Source: Eledone cirrhosa
Taxonomy: Eukaryota
Assembly: GCA_964016885.1 (NCBI GenBank)
Contig: OZ024741.1
Coordinates: 210,366,001-210,430,000, forward strand
DNA: 64,000 nucleotides
Reading direction: 5' to 3'
In this document: one piece after another, positions 23,150 through 40,000 of the stretch
How the letters are laid out: every line of letters begins with the position of its first letter
Numbering within the stretch: the first letter of the stretch is position 1
Program-made: the position numbers and the translations under genes
Notes under the pieces: generated by a model
What the model was told of the DNA's origin: nothing
Databases searched by the model: none
The model's input: only the letters and a program-made list of their open reading frames with translations

Positions 23150-26100
23150 ATAATATAAGATCAAAAGATGGTTAAAAGAGTTCCAAGTATTTTATTATGC
23201 GCATTTCAAAAACAAATATCATCATGGGATGATATTTGCGTTCTCATCAGATAAAATGGGGAGACATGATATGAAGCTTAAAAAACACTTGTGAATAGTG
23301 AAGTTTTAAATCAACATATGAAAAATAAATTAAGATTGATGTATGAGATTGGGAAAAAGTGAGGGGGGGGGAAGGTAAGGAAGAGGAAGAGATGAGAGTA
23401 AAGGATGGTGGGGGAGGAGTATAAGAAGGAAGGATGAGAGAGGAGGAGAGATGGGTGATAGGGAGAGAGAGAGAGATAGCCTTTACAACTGAGAAAAAAA
23501 AAATATTGTCTCACAGAGAGAAATTAAAAAGCCGTTGGAAGAGAATAGATAATTTAAAAGATTTTGAAATTAAAAGTTAATGAGGTTTATGCATGAAGAA
23601 AAAGGAATTAAGAATAGTATTACATTAAGGTATGTATATTGAAGGGTTTAATAATATGTGCGAGGAAAAGAATTTATTAATATGTATTATTAAAATAAAA
23701 TATTAATGTTATTAAGGATATAATGTGAAAAGAAGGAGAAGAATGAATGAGTTATGAATTTAGAGGAATTAGTTAGGGTCTAAGTTTGTTTTTATGTAAT
23801 GTAATATGTGTACGTAAATAGTTTGTTTAAAATGAGCGCGGAAGGAAAGAAGAAAAGAATGTTTAAGGAAGAAAATATCTAACATCAAAAAGTATATATG
23901 TTTACGAAATATTTTCTAATGGTAATAATATAATATATTAACAGAAATTAGTTAGGATTTAAGTTTGTTTTTTGGTATTGTAATATATAAAAGTCAAATT
24001 AAGTAGTAGTTTAAAACGAGCATGAAAGGATGGAGGAGATAAGAAAAATTTAAGGAAGAAAAAAAACTAACATCAAACAATTATCTGTTTACGAAGGACT
24101 TCTAATGGTAATGCTATAATGTATTTAAAAAAATAATTTTTATGCCAATGATATGAGGAAAGATGGAAGAATGGATAATGTTGTGGTGAGTAATAATAAG
24201 AATTGAGAAGTAGTTGGGAAGAAAAAGTACAGATTAGAGGTTAGAAATTAAAAAGAAAAAAGGAAGAAAGGAAAATGATAAAGAGGCATGATATAGAATG
24301 AGTAAATTGTATTATATAATATATAATATTGAAATAAGGTAGAAAGATGGGTATATTTGTAAAAGATATATAAGCCTTTGAGAAAAAGGATTTTAAACTA
24401 GTAAGGTATAGAGATATTAGCTGTATACTTTATGGAATGTTCTGTAGAATTTATGCAAGCAGAGAGAAAATAAATCCGTGCGTCTATTTATTATAGAATT
24501 GAAATTAGATATAATGGTAAATTTCTCGGCTAGGCAGAGATTACATGTTCAGGATAGGGAAGAATTCAGGTAAGAAAAGGCAGTATTTTTGTCTTTCAAG
24601 GACCATATGAGTTCCGAGAGTGCCGTGTTAGTTCTTTTAAGTTGGTATCTAAAATACGAATTGTGATTATAAAATCTAGCTTTGAAGGAAGTGGAGGTGG
24701 AACCGAAATAGGTAAAGGAATTGGTATCAGTTATAACCTTACATTCATAGACTAAGTTTTTACAAGACAATGGTTATTAAGAGGACATTTAGTTCTAACA
24801 GGGCAATTACAATTACGATTAGAGAAATTAACAGAGTTATTAACAAGTGACCTAGTGTTATTTATAGAAGGAATTGGATTGGAGAAGTTATTTACGATAG
24901 GAATAATAGTTTCCTGATTTAGATTGGTATTATGAACATTCAACGAAGTTACGTTTGACGTCGTATTTAAGTTTACAGAATCTAGCCTAGAGTTAACAAT
25001 GACGTCAGGAGTACTACTGCTATTATTATGACGCTCAGTGTTGGAAGGATGTGATTTATTATTTAATATTTTATTGTTGTGATTAGAGATAATGGTAGAG
25101 ATGTTGGAAGAGGTGGAATAAGAAAATTTTATTGTATGTTTGTTAAAGATTTTACTATAGATATGTGAGGGAGGGAAGCATTTATCTAAGGCCCTAAAGA
25201 ATAGTTTAGGAATATTATTATTAATAGAAATGGAGAAAGGAGCATTATACCAGATTATATTTTTGTATCTATGTCTTTTATTTAAGTTATTGGAATGTTC
25301 ATAATTAATTATTTTACTGTAAGGCCTTCTAGGATTGGTTTCCTTACTGTATTTAATTTTATCAGGATAACCGGCTTTAGAAAGCGCATTATTATAGTAA
25401 TTGGCATCGAAGATATCTTTATTAGAGGATAGGTTTGCGATTCTTCTTCCAATATTACTGACTATAGCATTTTTAATGTTAGTGGGGTGGTTAGATTTAA
25501 AATTAACATAATTTAGATTCTTATTGTTTTTATGGTAAGGCTAATATAGGCCAGTGTCAAGATTAAGGGATATATCCAAGAAGTTAGCTAGTTTGACGTT
25601 GTTATCAAATTCAATTTTAAGGTTATGTTGCTTAAAGAGATCACGTATATTGTTCTTAATAATATTAAGGTTAACTAAGTTGCAGTTTAAGATAGTAAAA
25701 AGTCCATCGTCACGATAAATTCCACCGCGAAGTTGAGAAATTTCCGATTTAAAGAATTCAAAATAAAAATACTAATCAAATCAGTCAATTGCGATGAATC
25801 GGAAGCACCCATTGTGATATAAAAATTGTTGGATGTATCGGCTCTAGTCCAGTATTCATTGTTGAATTCTAAGATAGTTTTTCTTGCGGTGAGAATGATG
25901 TAAAGTTCATCTGTGGTGATGTCAGAATATTTAAATGCGAAAGATAGAGCGTTGTTGAGAAGTGAAGGCGAAATAGAAGAATAGTAGCTGGCAATATCAA
26001 ATTGAATACATTTTTGTCACCCATCTCTCCTCCTCTATCATCCTTCCTTCTTATACTCCTCTCCCACCGTCCTTTACTCTCATCTCTTCCTCTTCCTTAC

Positions 26101-26409
26101 ATTTTCCACCCCCCTCACTTTTTCCCAATCTCATACATCAATCTTAATTTATTTTTCATATGTTGATTTAAAACTTCACTATTCACAAGTGTTTTTTAAG
26201 CTTAATATCATGTCTCCCTATTTTATCTGATGAGAACGCAGATATCATCCCATGATGATATTTGTTTATGAAATGCGCATAATAAAATACTTGGAACTCT
26301 TTTAACCATCTTTTGATCTTATATTATTTATACTCCAGTCCTACAAACTGTAGAGTGCTACTTATCCGATATTTGCATTGCTTTATTGTGCAACAATAAA
26401 ACCCACCTC

Positions 26410-26412
<3 letters not shown>
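23150..26412 (-). mobile_element. Penelope-like element (same family as 7020-9226), 5'-truncated in RT at about 26010, followed by an inverted terminal copy 26016-26325 and tail to 26412
   Basis: Minus-strand QFDIASYYSSI, TMGASDSSQLTDLI, GIYRDDG, NFLDI and GIY-YIG remnants. HHRs at 23189-23257 (minus) and 26219-26289 (plus). Confidence 0.9.
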
Positions 26413-26487
<75 letters not shown>

Positions 26488-26492
<5 letters not shown>

Positions 26493-27990
26493 ACAGTATT
26501 GAAGTTTGCTTGAAGCATTGTGGAATAATAATGTAAATTTCTTTAAGTCGTTTGGAAGCCTCGACAATGCAGATAGGTAAATCTCCGGGTAACAAGATCC
26601 GTGGTGGAGAGAGAGAGAGATGTAAGTGTGTGTACGTTTAGATGCGTGGCGTGTATAAGACTGTAGCGTGTAGAGGAATGAAAGGAAGAGCGTAAAGGAT
26701 AACAATAAAAATGAAAATAACACGACAGGGTCACAGCCCGTTTTATGATCTTTTCGAAGCCCATACAACGCCGGCACGTCATTGTTCCAGGCCTGGAAGT
26801 TGTTGGCAGTCCTTTTGTTGGGCTGCATTATATTCGTCCACATCACCATATGGGCATTGAGGGCTTTTTCTCTATCCTCATGCTCCTATGGTGTTACCTC
26901 TCTTGTGTTAGTGATGTGGGGTTGCATTGCCTGGATGTAGTTTGGCAGGCTGTCAACCGACATTCTGCCAGACTTGTCTGTTGGAAAGCATGGTATCTCT
27001 CCATTACGTGAGCGCTGCATGAGCTTACGCAAGCCATTTGCAGATTTTTCTCCCAGTTGCTGGGCCTCCATTCTATTATGCTTCTTGCTATACTGTTCTA
27101 TAATATTTCTAAGTTCGGATCTAGCTATACTAAATTGTGCTTCTGTTTGTTCATCGACCTGCGACGGCAATTGCGTGCGTTTGTTAAATGGTAAAGTCGT
27201 GGCGTGGACTCGTCGCAGGTCGAATGATTTATTGGAGGGATTATAAAACGTAGAGTTCCAGGCTGCTGCTTTATGTGTACTAGTGCTATTGTTATTGTTA
27301 GTTGTGTTGTTTCTATTTCTATTTCCACCAACAGCCTCATGGTTGTTTCTATGTCTCTCATAATTACTCCTGTCTCTTTCCACTGGCTCATTGTTGTTAT
27401 CTACCCTATTTTGTGTGTCTGTGTGTTCGTCTTGGTTATTCTCTTTGTCCTTAGTCTCCCCTCTCCTTTTAATCCTATTACTTTCCCTTATTTCTGTGAT
27501 TTCTGTGCTACTGTCATTACTTGTTTTCTGTGTCTGTGTGTTTGTTAAGATTGTGGTGGTGGTGAGAGGCATTGAATGCGTGTGTGTTGTTGTTGTTGAT
27601 GTGTGCTGTTGTTGATGTGTGTTGTTGTTGTCTCCGTGTGTGTTATTGTTGTTGTGTGTGTTGTTATTGTTGTTTGTGTCTGCGTGTCTGTTGTTGTTGT
27701 TTCTGGGTATGTTGTTATTGTTGTTGTTGTTGATGTGTGTGTTGTTGTTATTGTTGTTTGTGTCTGTGTGTCTGTTGTTGTTGGGATGTGTGTTGTATAA
27801 GTGTGTGCGTATATTGTTGCTTTTGTTTTTGTTTTTGTTTTTGAGGCTCCAGCGTAGTTTTGTAAATGATTTTTCTATTTCTGACAGACAACTAATCATA
27901 TTTACCTTCTTGAATGTCGCAAATTTCGGGGGTAAACATAACACAGACATCTCATCGTTATCTATTCTTGCGTTACCATATAAACACACA
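26488..27990 (-). mobile_element. Internally deleted PLE (Nematis-like N-terminal domain to the start of RT, joined to a 3' terminus)
   Basis: ORF 26886-27989 has LCLPPKFA..EKSFTKLRW, FDLRRVHAT.LPFN and PTDKSGR; the next frame has LYGLRKDHK and then breaks off. Terminus 26488-26725 is repeated at 54378-54595. Confidence 0.72.
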
Positions 27991-28034
27991 CAGACACACA
28001 GACACCCGGATGTATATATATATATATATATATA

Positions 28035-28340
28035 TATTTAGGTTTGTTGGTTCACCACTGGATAGAATTGGTAATTCCGTATGGTCAATCTTGATGTAAT
28101 ATTATGGAGAGTAGTCAACGTAATGCTGTTCACCCGTCTTCATTTGTGTTGTTGGTGGTGCGAATACGGAGTTAATTATTATAAATAAAATAACAGGAGG
28201 CTGGACTGGTGTAAATCCTTGAAAGGTTTATAATACTATTATTATTTCAAATACCTGATGATATCACCGGATTCATACGGAACCCGGTCATTGAAATGAT
28301 GATAGTATAATAAACCTTTCAAGGATTTACACCAGTCCAG

Positions 28341-28343
<3 letters not shown>
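28035..28343. mobile_element. PLE terminus palindrome (28199-28343) plus tail, with hammerhead-like motif
   Basis: Arms GGCTGGACTGGTGTAAATCCTTGAAAGGTTTA / TAAACCTTTCAAGGATTTACACCAGTCCAGCC and motif ATAC-CTGATGA...GAAA-TGATGA-TA-GTAT. Relative at 47290-47415. Confidence 0.75.
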
Positions 28344-28436
<93 letters not shown>

Positions 28437-28438
<2 letters not shown>

Positions 28439-28558
28439 ATCCGCATAAGGTGAAACAATTGTTCTCGGTTGGTGAACTAACTGTTGTGTTACCACTTCTA
28501 CAAAACTCGTCCATGGACTGAGTACTCTACCACTACGGATATTACCTTCCAGTGTTCT

Positions 28559-28560
<2 letters not shown>
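28437..28560 (+). mobile_element. Short PLE-type terminus plus tail (hammerhead 3' half GAAA-CAATTG-TT)
   Basis: Same family as 54017-54139, where the tail is inverted. Confidence 0.6.
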
Positions 28561-28623
<63 letters not shown>

Positions 28624-28648
28624 CCTCTTTCTCTCGCTCTCTCTCTCC

Positions 28649-28689
<41 letters not shown>

Positions 28690-28937
28690 CTGTATATATA
28701 TATATATGTGTGTGTGGGTGTGTGTGTCTGTGTAGGGAATTTAGATCGATTTGTTGACACAGGCACAGAAGCGAACGTCAATTATCGATCTCACCTCCTA
28801 TGTAGCTGCTCTACAACAGCCAAAATTACATGTGGGAAATTACTTTTGGAGCATATCATATTGATTTGTTCATATATATAAATGAAAGGTATAGAAAGTA
28901 TTGTAGCAAGAGGCCAACAGTTTTCCATAATATATAT

Positions 28938-29059
<122 letters not shown>

Positions 29060-29106
29060 GTATATATATATATACATATACATATATATATATATATATA
29101 TATACA

Positions 29107-29156
<50 letters not shown>

Positions 29157-29206
29157 CACATCTGTACATATATATATATGTATATGTATATATATATGTA
29201 TACATA

Positions 29207-29403
29207 TATAAACAAAGAGGGTGTGGTAAGATACCAGGTGGACCATAACGCACAAGAGTACTCAAATCATCGTGTAGAAGAGTGAGTAATACGAAAAGAA
29301 TCAAGACCCCGACGGCTGAGCTCCGGCCGTTTCGAAAGCTAGATCCCAATAGATCTAGCTGTCGAAACGGCCGGAGCTCAGTCGCCGAGGTCCTAACTCT
29401 TTT

Positions 29404-29407
<4 letters not shown>
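29207..29407. mobile_element. Family A (diverged subfamily) tail plus palindrome
   Basis: Arms GACCCCGACGGCTGAGCTCCGGCCGTTTCGA / TCGAAACGGCCGGAGCTCAGTCGCCGAGGTC. Confidence 0.8.
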
Positions 29408-29489
<82 letters not shown>

Positions 29490-29534
29490 ATATTGGGTAT
29501 AAATCAAAGTTGTAGTTGCTATATATATATATAT

Positions 29535-29635
29535 ATAACGAAGGAAATGTGGTAGGCAACCAGATGGACCATAACGCAGTCCAGAATTAGCCGTCGAAAC
29601 GGCTTGAGCTCTGCCGTCGGGGTCTTACTTGTTCC

Positions 29636-29637
<2 letters not shown>
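29535..29637. mobile_element. Family A minimal insertion: inverted tail piece fused to the 3' terminus
   Basis: TAACGAAGGAAATGTGG..CATAACGCA is joined to GTCCAGAATTAGCCGTCGAAAC..GTTCCTA, within (TA)n. Confidence 0.8.
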
Positions 29638-29671
<34 letters not shown>

Positions 29672-29684
29672 CATATACATACAT

Positions 29685-29769
<85 letters not shown>

Positions 29770-30399
29770 TGTATGATTGTTTGTGATGATATGAGGCTAC
29801 ATTTGATTATATTATTTCAAACAGAACAGAATTACAACTTTATATAATCCAACGAAGTAATACGAGTCCCATAAATGATAGAAGAGATAAGAGAGTTATA
29901 AGAATCAGTTGCAATTGTTTTAATGAATGAGTGTATAGTGTTACTCTAATTACTTTTAGCAAAAGATTTTACTTGTAAATCTCTACACATTAAAGTCAAG
30001 ATGATGACACGTTCTTCACTGTCCTGGCACAAAGTCTTAGACGGTTTATTGTACGCAACAACGATTATCTGGCGCCGACATTCTTCGTAAGAATACTTCA
30101 ATGCTTCATGGTTACCTTTAGGCACGTTCCACATAGAATTAGACAAACGGTAGAAAATTGAAGATTGCACGCTAGCATATGCACATAGTTATACACAAAG
30201 ATAGAGGCAGGCACCGACATACAGGCAGACAGACACACAGATAAACACACATTTATGTTAACGTCTGGTTATATATATATATATATATATACATTATACT
30301 AAAATATATTTATATATGCATATACATATATATATATATATATACATACATATATTTACATATATATACAGATATACATATATTCATATATATATACAT

Positions 30400-30450
<51 letters not shown>

Positions 30451-30668
30451 TAAATACATATATAGACCCATGCACATACATATACACATATACACACACC
30501 CAAACACATAGAGACAGACATAAATCAACACACACACATACACACACATATATATATATATATATACATATAAACATATATTAATACATATATAGTCACT
30601 TGCACATACACACACATATACACACACATATACACACATCCAAGCACACATAGAGACTCACATAAATC

Positions 30669-30711
<43 letters not shown>

Positions 30712-30887
30712 TCATATACATGTATGTATATATAAATTGTTGCACTTCTGTTGTATAGTAAAACGTTAGTATACATTTCCCGCCTTTGTTATGAGTCACC
30801 AACAATGTATTGAATCAATTTGTATTGGACTTTCAAGGGAGTCCCTGTAATAGTTTAGTATTATTAGTACTATAAACATTATTAGTC

Positions 30888-31432
30888 GCGGTGGCAGTAT
30901 CGGTAGAGGCTCGGACGCCATGCTTTGTAGCATAGAGTTACGGTCCTTTATGATCTGAAATCAAATCTCGCCGAGGTTAACTTTGCCTTTGATCCTTACG
31001 GGGTAGATAAAATAAAGTACCAGTAATACACTGGGATAATTGCTCGACTTGTGTCGAAAGTAGAAATAATTATTAGTAGCGGGTTTCAAAGAATTATTAA
31101 GGTTATGAAGGTCGATGGACAGGCAGAATCAGTAGAGCGTCGGACAAAATAGTTAGCATTATTTAGTTACGTCCCTTTACGTTCTGATGTTAGCTTTGCC
31201 TTTCATCCTTACGGGGTCGATAAAATAAAGTACCAGTAATGCACTGGGATCGATTTAATTTACTCTTCCCTCAAAATCGTAGGCCGGGTGCCTAAACCAG
31301 AAATTCTTATTTAAGGACGATGGATTAGCCATGTCGGTAGAGCATCGGACAACATGTTTTGTGGAATAGAGTTACGAACTTTCCTCATCCCTAAAATTGT
31401 TGGCCTTGTACCTAAATTAGAAACCATTATTA
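30888..31432 (+). mobile_element. Three tandem tRNA-derived SINE copies (about 30888-31072, 31105-31310 and 31313-31432)
   Basis: Each is similar to 12632-12822; the second and third are internally deleted. Confidence 0.85.
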
Positions 31433-31821
31433 TTTGCTGATCCATTTTATTGCATATTGATTGGCTTCTCCCCACACCCACCATCCTACCAAAATTATCA
31501 TATCGTGTATTGAACTTCGGCTGAATATATTCCAGTACCGTTTGCGATAGATTATCATATTATTTTCCCTTCTCGCTGGAAAAATCACCGAAGGGAATCC
31601 TGTTTCAGTAAATATAATAAACACACGAGAAAGAACCGGCGAAAAATAAAGCGAGGGAGATCGTACCAGGAGAATAGCAAGAGGAAACAGCATTAGTTGA
31701 TTTCACTACACACACACACGCACACACACACACATATATATGTGTATATATTAATGGATTGTAATCTTGCGTCATTACGTCACAGTTGGTTAACCAGCTT
31801 GAGCTCCCGATACATAAGTGT

Positions 31822-32056
31822 GTCCATTTAAGTATAGTATCTGGTGTTATTCAGAGTCGATTCCGATCAATGCAGATCGAACCTTGAGCTGATAAATCTA
31901 TATATATAGTTAATAATAAGTATGAACAGGGTGTCACATTATCATCATTAAGTTTATTCAGGTGTGACGCGCGTTTCGGGATTGATCAGCTCAAGGTTCG
32001 ATCTGCATTGATCGGAATCGACTCTGAATAACACCAGATACTATACTTAAATGGAC
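31822..32056. repeat. Inverted repeat (31822-31893 versus 31986-32056) with a hammerhead 3' half on the minus strand
   Basis: About 70-bp near-perfect arms; minus-strand GAAA-CGCGCG-TC-ACACC. Confidence 0.75.
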
Positions 32057-33228
32057 CAACTCCTAAACAAGAAAGACGAACTGGTAACTGCATGCAAACA
32101 CAGATTGCGTAGGACTTACCTCGCCCTCAAGCCCCATAATGATCCGGGGGTTAGACAAGGACTGAAACAGCCCACTTGCCGATTTTGTAAGGGGTAACCC
32201 CTGCTTACAAAGGTAGACGTAACTTTTTTATTTTTTTTAATCTTTTCCTCTATATTTCCTTCTTCCTCCCATCTCTTCCTAGTCCTTCCACCCCAGACCT
32301 CCTTCCTTGTCTTTTTTTTCACCTTTTCGCCCACCCCGATGCAGCCCATCGATCCTCTGTAGCCTCAGTACACCCCCCCCCCCTAATTTTAAGATAGAAT
32401 TGGCCGATTACGCTTTTTATAGCAGATGTGTTAGACCCCAGATATTTGCTTTCTTTCTGGTTGCTGCTCCATTTCCGTGATTTCTAAATTTCTTAGTGGT
32501 ATTTTTGCATTAGTATTCTTGCATTAGTATTCTTGTATTAGTATTTATGTATTAGTATTCTGAATGAATATCTCGTATTAGTTTTTTAGTATGTTTGTCC
32601 TCAACTTATTAACCTGTCATTGTAAGATAGCATTGGCTGATTTACTACTAACTATAGCAGTGGTGTTAGACCCCCTGTAAAGATGGCTTTATAAAATTCT
32701 TTCACTACCATCTCGTATTTAGTATTTTTCTCCACCTATTAAATTTTTCTATAGCTTAGCAATACCAATGAGAGATTTGGTGATTGTGGGGATGGAGTAG
32801 TAACCAGAAATTGTTTTTTTATATATTTATTTCCTCATTTTTATAATGGCTTTTTTGTTTACTCCCTTTCTATTTACCTATTCTTTCACCCCCCTCCTTC
32901 TCCAGTACACTTTTTTCGACCACCTATACACTATCCTTAGAATCTGCTGTGTAGATTTCACTTTCAATGCTTGACTGGGTTTCCCCAACTCCCTCTTTGT
33001 TCTACCGGCAAGTTCAGCTACCCATACCTCCGACTAAATGGTATGATAGAATCATCTGTCTTTACAACAAACTTTTGACCAATCCTTTTGACAATTACTA
33101 TCTTCCCATATATGGAATTACCCCCTGAGAAGTTCGGCTATTTATTTACTAAGCTAAAAATTCTTATTTAGTCCAGAATTAGCCGTCGAAACGGCTTGAG
33201 CTCTACCGTCGGGGTCATACTTGTTCCT
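32057..33228 (+). mobile_element. Family A PLE 3' region ending in the hammerhead terminus (33120-33215)
   Basis: The terminus matches 56400-56613 and ends GTTCCTA-(TA)n. Confidence 0.7.
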
Positions 33229-33243
33229 ATATATATGTATATA

Positions 33244-33366
<123 letters not shown>

Positions 33367-33403
33367 TTTATCCCGGGTTCAATCGGGTATATGTATGTAT
33401 ATA

Positions 33404-34440
33404 TATTGTTATACTTGGGGAGGGTCATATTTGTGTAATATTGCCAGAATTAATAACAGAACACACTCACTGTTTGGTTGGTTTTCGCTTTTCGCTGCTG
33501 TGTCTTTTATATCGGTAATCTAATTTATTCGGTCCTCAATGTTGCCATTGACTGACCGACGGTCAAAAATAATACAGATACTATATAAACACAAACACAT
33601 ATATATAGTTTATCAAAATTCCTTCGTTGCACATCTGCAACATCGTCAGTGGTGCTATTGTTTCCTCCCGTTACATTGTATGTCTACGCCATTTTTATTT
33701 AGTCTGTCTATATATTTATTTATTTATTTGTTTGTTTGTTTATTTTATTTTGTCTTCTTTGCGCATGCGTTTGCGTGTGTGTATAGTGTTTTGTTTGATG
33801 TGTGTTCGTGATTGGGTGACTAGTGTGTTTTTATATGTGTTTGTTGTTATTGTGCTGTGTATGTATTTATTTATTTATTTATCTATTTATTTATTTATAC
33901 TTCTCTTAGGTCAGTGTTGTTTGTTTGGGTGTTGTTGTTATTCCATTCATTCTTTCTGTTTAGTCATGGCCTTCTAAGTTCTATTTCACTGGCCTCTCTG
34001 ATTTGCCTATCTGCTGGGTCATTTCTATGTTTAGATATTCTAAGTTCTATGTTGTCTATGTTACCGTCGTGTTGTTGTCAGGCATGTTCGTATCGTACTG
34101 ACCCGTTTTTTCGTCCTTTTAGTTCCCCCCAGTGTTGGTCTATCCTTTCACCTATGCTACGAGCTGTCTCGCCTATGTATGTTGTTGTCATGTTTCTGCA
34201 AGTACCCTCTGTACATCTTATGCTATAGACTACGTTGCTAGTTTTACAGTTTATCCAGGGGTTTACCTTACATATGATACATACCCTATTAGTACAGTGG
34301 GTTTTCTTAAAAGGGTAGGTTTTGCTGATCAGGGATTTTATGGTGGTTCCAGGCTTTTCTACCACCTTAATCTTTAAGTGTGTCTTTCTCAGGGCCTTTC
34401 TACACTGGTTCGGTGCCACCTCTCTATCACGAGAACAGCT
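33404..34440 (-). mobile_element. PLE 3' fragment (Nematis-like linker plus GIY-YIG plus terminus)
   Basis: KVVEKPG..YPF..CTNRVCIIC..C..NVVYSIRC..C..TYIGETARS. Terminus 33404-33645 is repeated at 54763-55000. Confidence 0.85.
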
Positions 34441-34442
34441 CA

Positions 34443-36117
<1,675 letters not shown>

Positions 36118-36541
36118 CTCATCAGGAGCATGTTTCGCTATTTTAGTGGGTTCCAATACGGCCCGGTGGGTCATCAGCATGTGGAAGGCTATTATTGTCC
36201 GCACTACTACAGAGAGAACTAAAATAAACCACCAGCCTTCACACGTGTAGACATAAGAGGAATGCGTGCTCGGGGCAGTAACTGGTGGCATGAACAGAAC
36301 AAGCTGCTAGAGATGGCAGTGTATACTATTCAATTTAAGGACCTCAACAGCAGAGAGAGAGCGCAAGGAGCAAATATCAAGAAAAATAACGGAGCAAAGG
36401 ACTCGCATATAATCCTGTAATTAAATGAGCTCAAAGGACACTTTTAATTTTAATGTTTTACAAATTAGTAGCTTATATTCTTTTCATGCTGGTGGTTCGA
36501 AATTCCTGTAATGAAAAACACACTCTCCTGTGTCTTCCCCA

Positions 36542-38025
<1,484 letters not shown>

Positions 38026-38040
38026 TATATATATATACAT

Positions 38041-38124
<84 letters not shown>

Positions 38125-38525
38125 GATAACAAAATATCGTTATAGGTAATCCAGTTAGAGGTTGTGAATACTTCTTATTATGGATAGTTTTAGCGTACGG
38201 CCTTGTTTGACTCAACAAGAGGTTTACGTTGATGACGAGTTTATGATTTCACTTGTATTCCTATGTAAGTTTATCTTCGAGTAATAAAATTGAAAAAGTG
38301 GAGAATAACATGGTCAACAGTACAAAAAAGAGGATTTATTTACAGTCTAACAATTGTTTCACTGATAAAGATGTCTAAAAATTGCTGAACACTAGAAGCA
38401 GTGTCACTCAATTTTAAATACGATGTTAACTCGATCAGATCTTCTATTTATATTTACATTTATTCATATATTAACGTTTATTCATTTATTTTCCCTCTTT
38501 TCTTCTTTCTATCCTACATTATTTT

Positions 38526-38622
38526 GTTGACTTTGCCTTTCATCCTTACGGGGTCGATAAAATAAAGTACCAGTAATGCACTGGGTAATGGCTGGCCTTG
38601 TGCCTAAAGTAGAAACAATTAT
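38526..38622 (+). mobile_element. SINE 3' half
   Basis: Near identical to 12727-12822. Confidence 0.85.
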
Positions 38623-39209
38623 TTTTACTTATGCTTGTCTCTCTTCTGTATATCATCATTTTCTATATATTTTCTTCTCTTTATATGTTTTTTCTCTGTA
38701 ATAATTTCTCCTTTTTCTTCTTTTTTCTCTTGCTCTTTTTCTTTTTCCTTCTTCTTATTTATTTTTCCTTTCCTTTCTTTCTTTACTGTATCTATCTCCC
38801 TTTCTCCCTTCTTTTCTCTCTATATCTTTATTATTAATATTATTATTGATGATGTAATTTGAATTTGTAAATTTTCCATAACAATTTCCGAAGTTCTGAC
38901 CGAGCTAACATCGTATTTAAAATTGAGTGACACTGCTTCTAGTGTTCAGCAATTTTTAGACATCTTTATAAGTGAAACAATTGTTAGACTGTAAATAAAT
39001 CCTCTTTTTTGTACTGTTGACCATGTTATTCTCCACTTTTTCAATTTTATTACTCGAAGATAAACTTACATAGGAATACAAGTGAAATCATAAACTCGTC
39101 ATCAACGTAAACCTCTTGTTGAGTCAAACAACGCCGTACGCTAAAACTATCCATAATAAGAAGTATTCTCAACCTCTAACTGGATTACCTATAACGATAT
39201 TTTGTTATC

Positions 39210-39328
<119 letters not shown>

Positions 39329-39519
39329 AAAGACACAGGAGAGTGTGTTTTTCATTACAGGAATTTCGAACCACCAGCGTGAGAAGAATATAAGCTACTA
39401 GAGGTATTGACTGTTGACCATGTTTTTCTCCACTTTTTCAATTATATATATATATATGTATATAGATACATACATATGTGTATGTATATAAATAGACAAC
39501 CACACATATATATACTGTA

Positions 39520-40000
39520 TACGATATTAAATAAATGGAAACTATATTTATAAAACCATATTTATTTCATTATATATATTTCAGGGATATCATATTAACA
39601 ATATGCTATGCCTTCCTCAGACAAAATACAATATAGACAGTTTTATAGATAAATAGATTTGACATACCGTTCAACATCGACTTGTATTTGAAAAGTTGAT
39701 TTGGCAGATCAATTTGAAAAGTTGATTTGCCAAATCAACTTTTCAAATACAAGTCGATGTTGAACGGTATGTCAAATCTATTTATCTATAAAACTGTCTA
39801 TATTGTATTTTGTCTGAGGAAGGCATAGCATATTGTTAATATGATATCCCTGAAATATATATAATGAAATAAATATGGTTTTATAAATATAGTTTCCATT
39901 TATTTAATATCGTAAATATACTCCAAATACTTGTTGAGTGCTTTTATATCAGTTATAAATATTTACTAGTTGTAACCCAACAATTTAAATATAACTTTCC
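39520..40000. mobile_element. Near-perfect PLE terminus palindrome (39520-39705 versus 39729-39913) plus tail, with hammerheads at 39807-39870 (plus) and 39564-39627 (minus)
   Basis: ATTTTGT-CTGAGGA-AGGCATAGCATATT GTT AATATGATATCCCT-GAAA-TATATA-TA-ATGAAAT. Confidence 0.9.

Noticed and set aside
29946-30170. 74-aa non-repetitive ORF
   Set aside because: No recognisable motif; consistent with chance.
31430-31693. Possible host exon on the minus strand with AG/GT boundaries
   Set aside because: No recognisable protein similarity and no partner exons.
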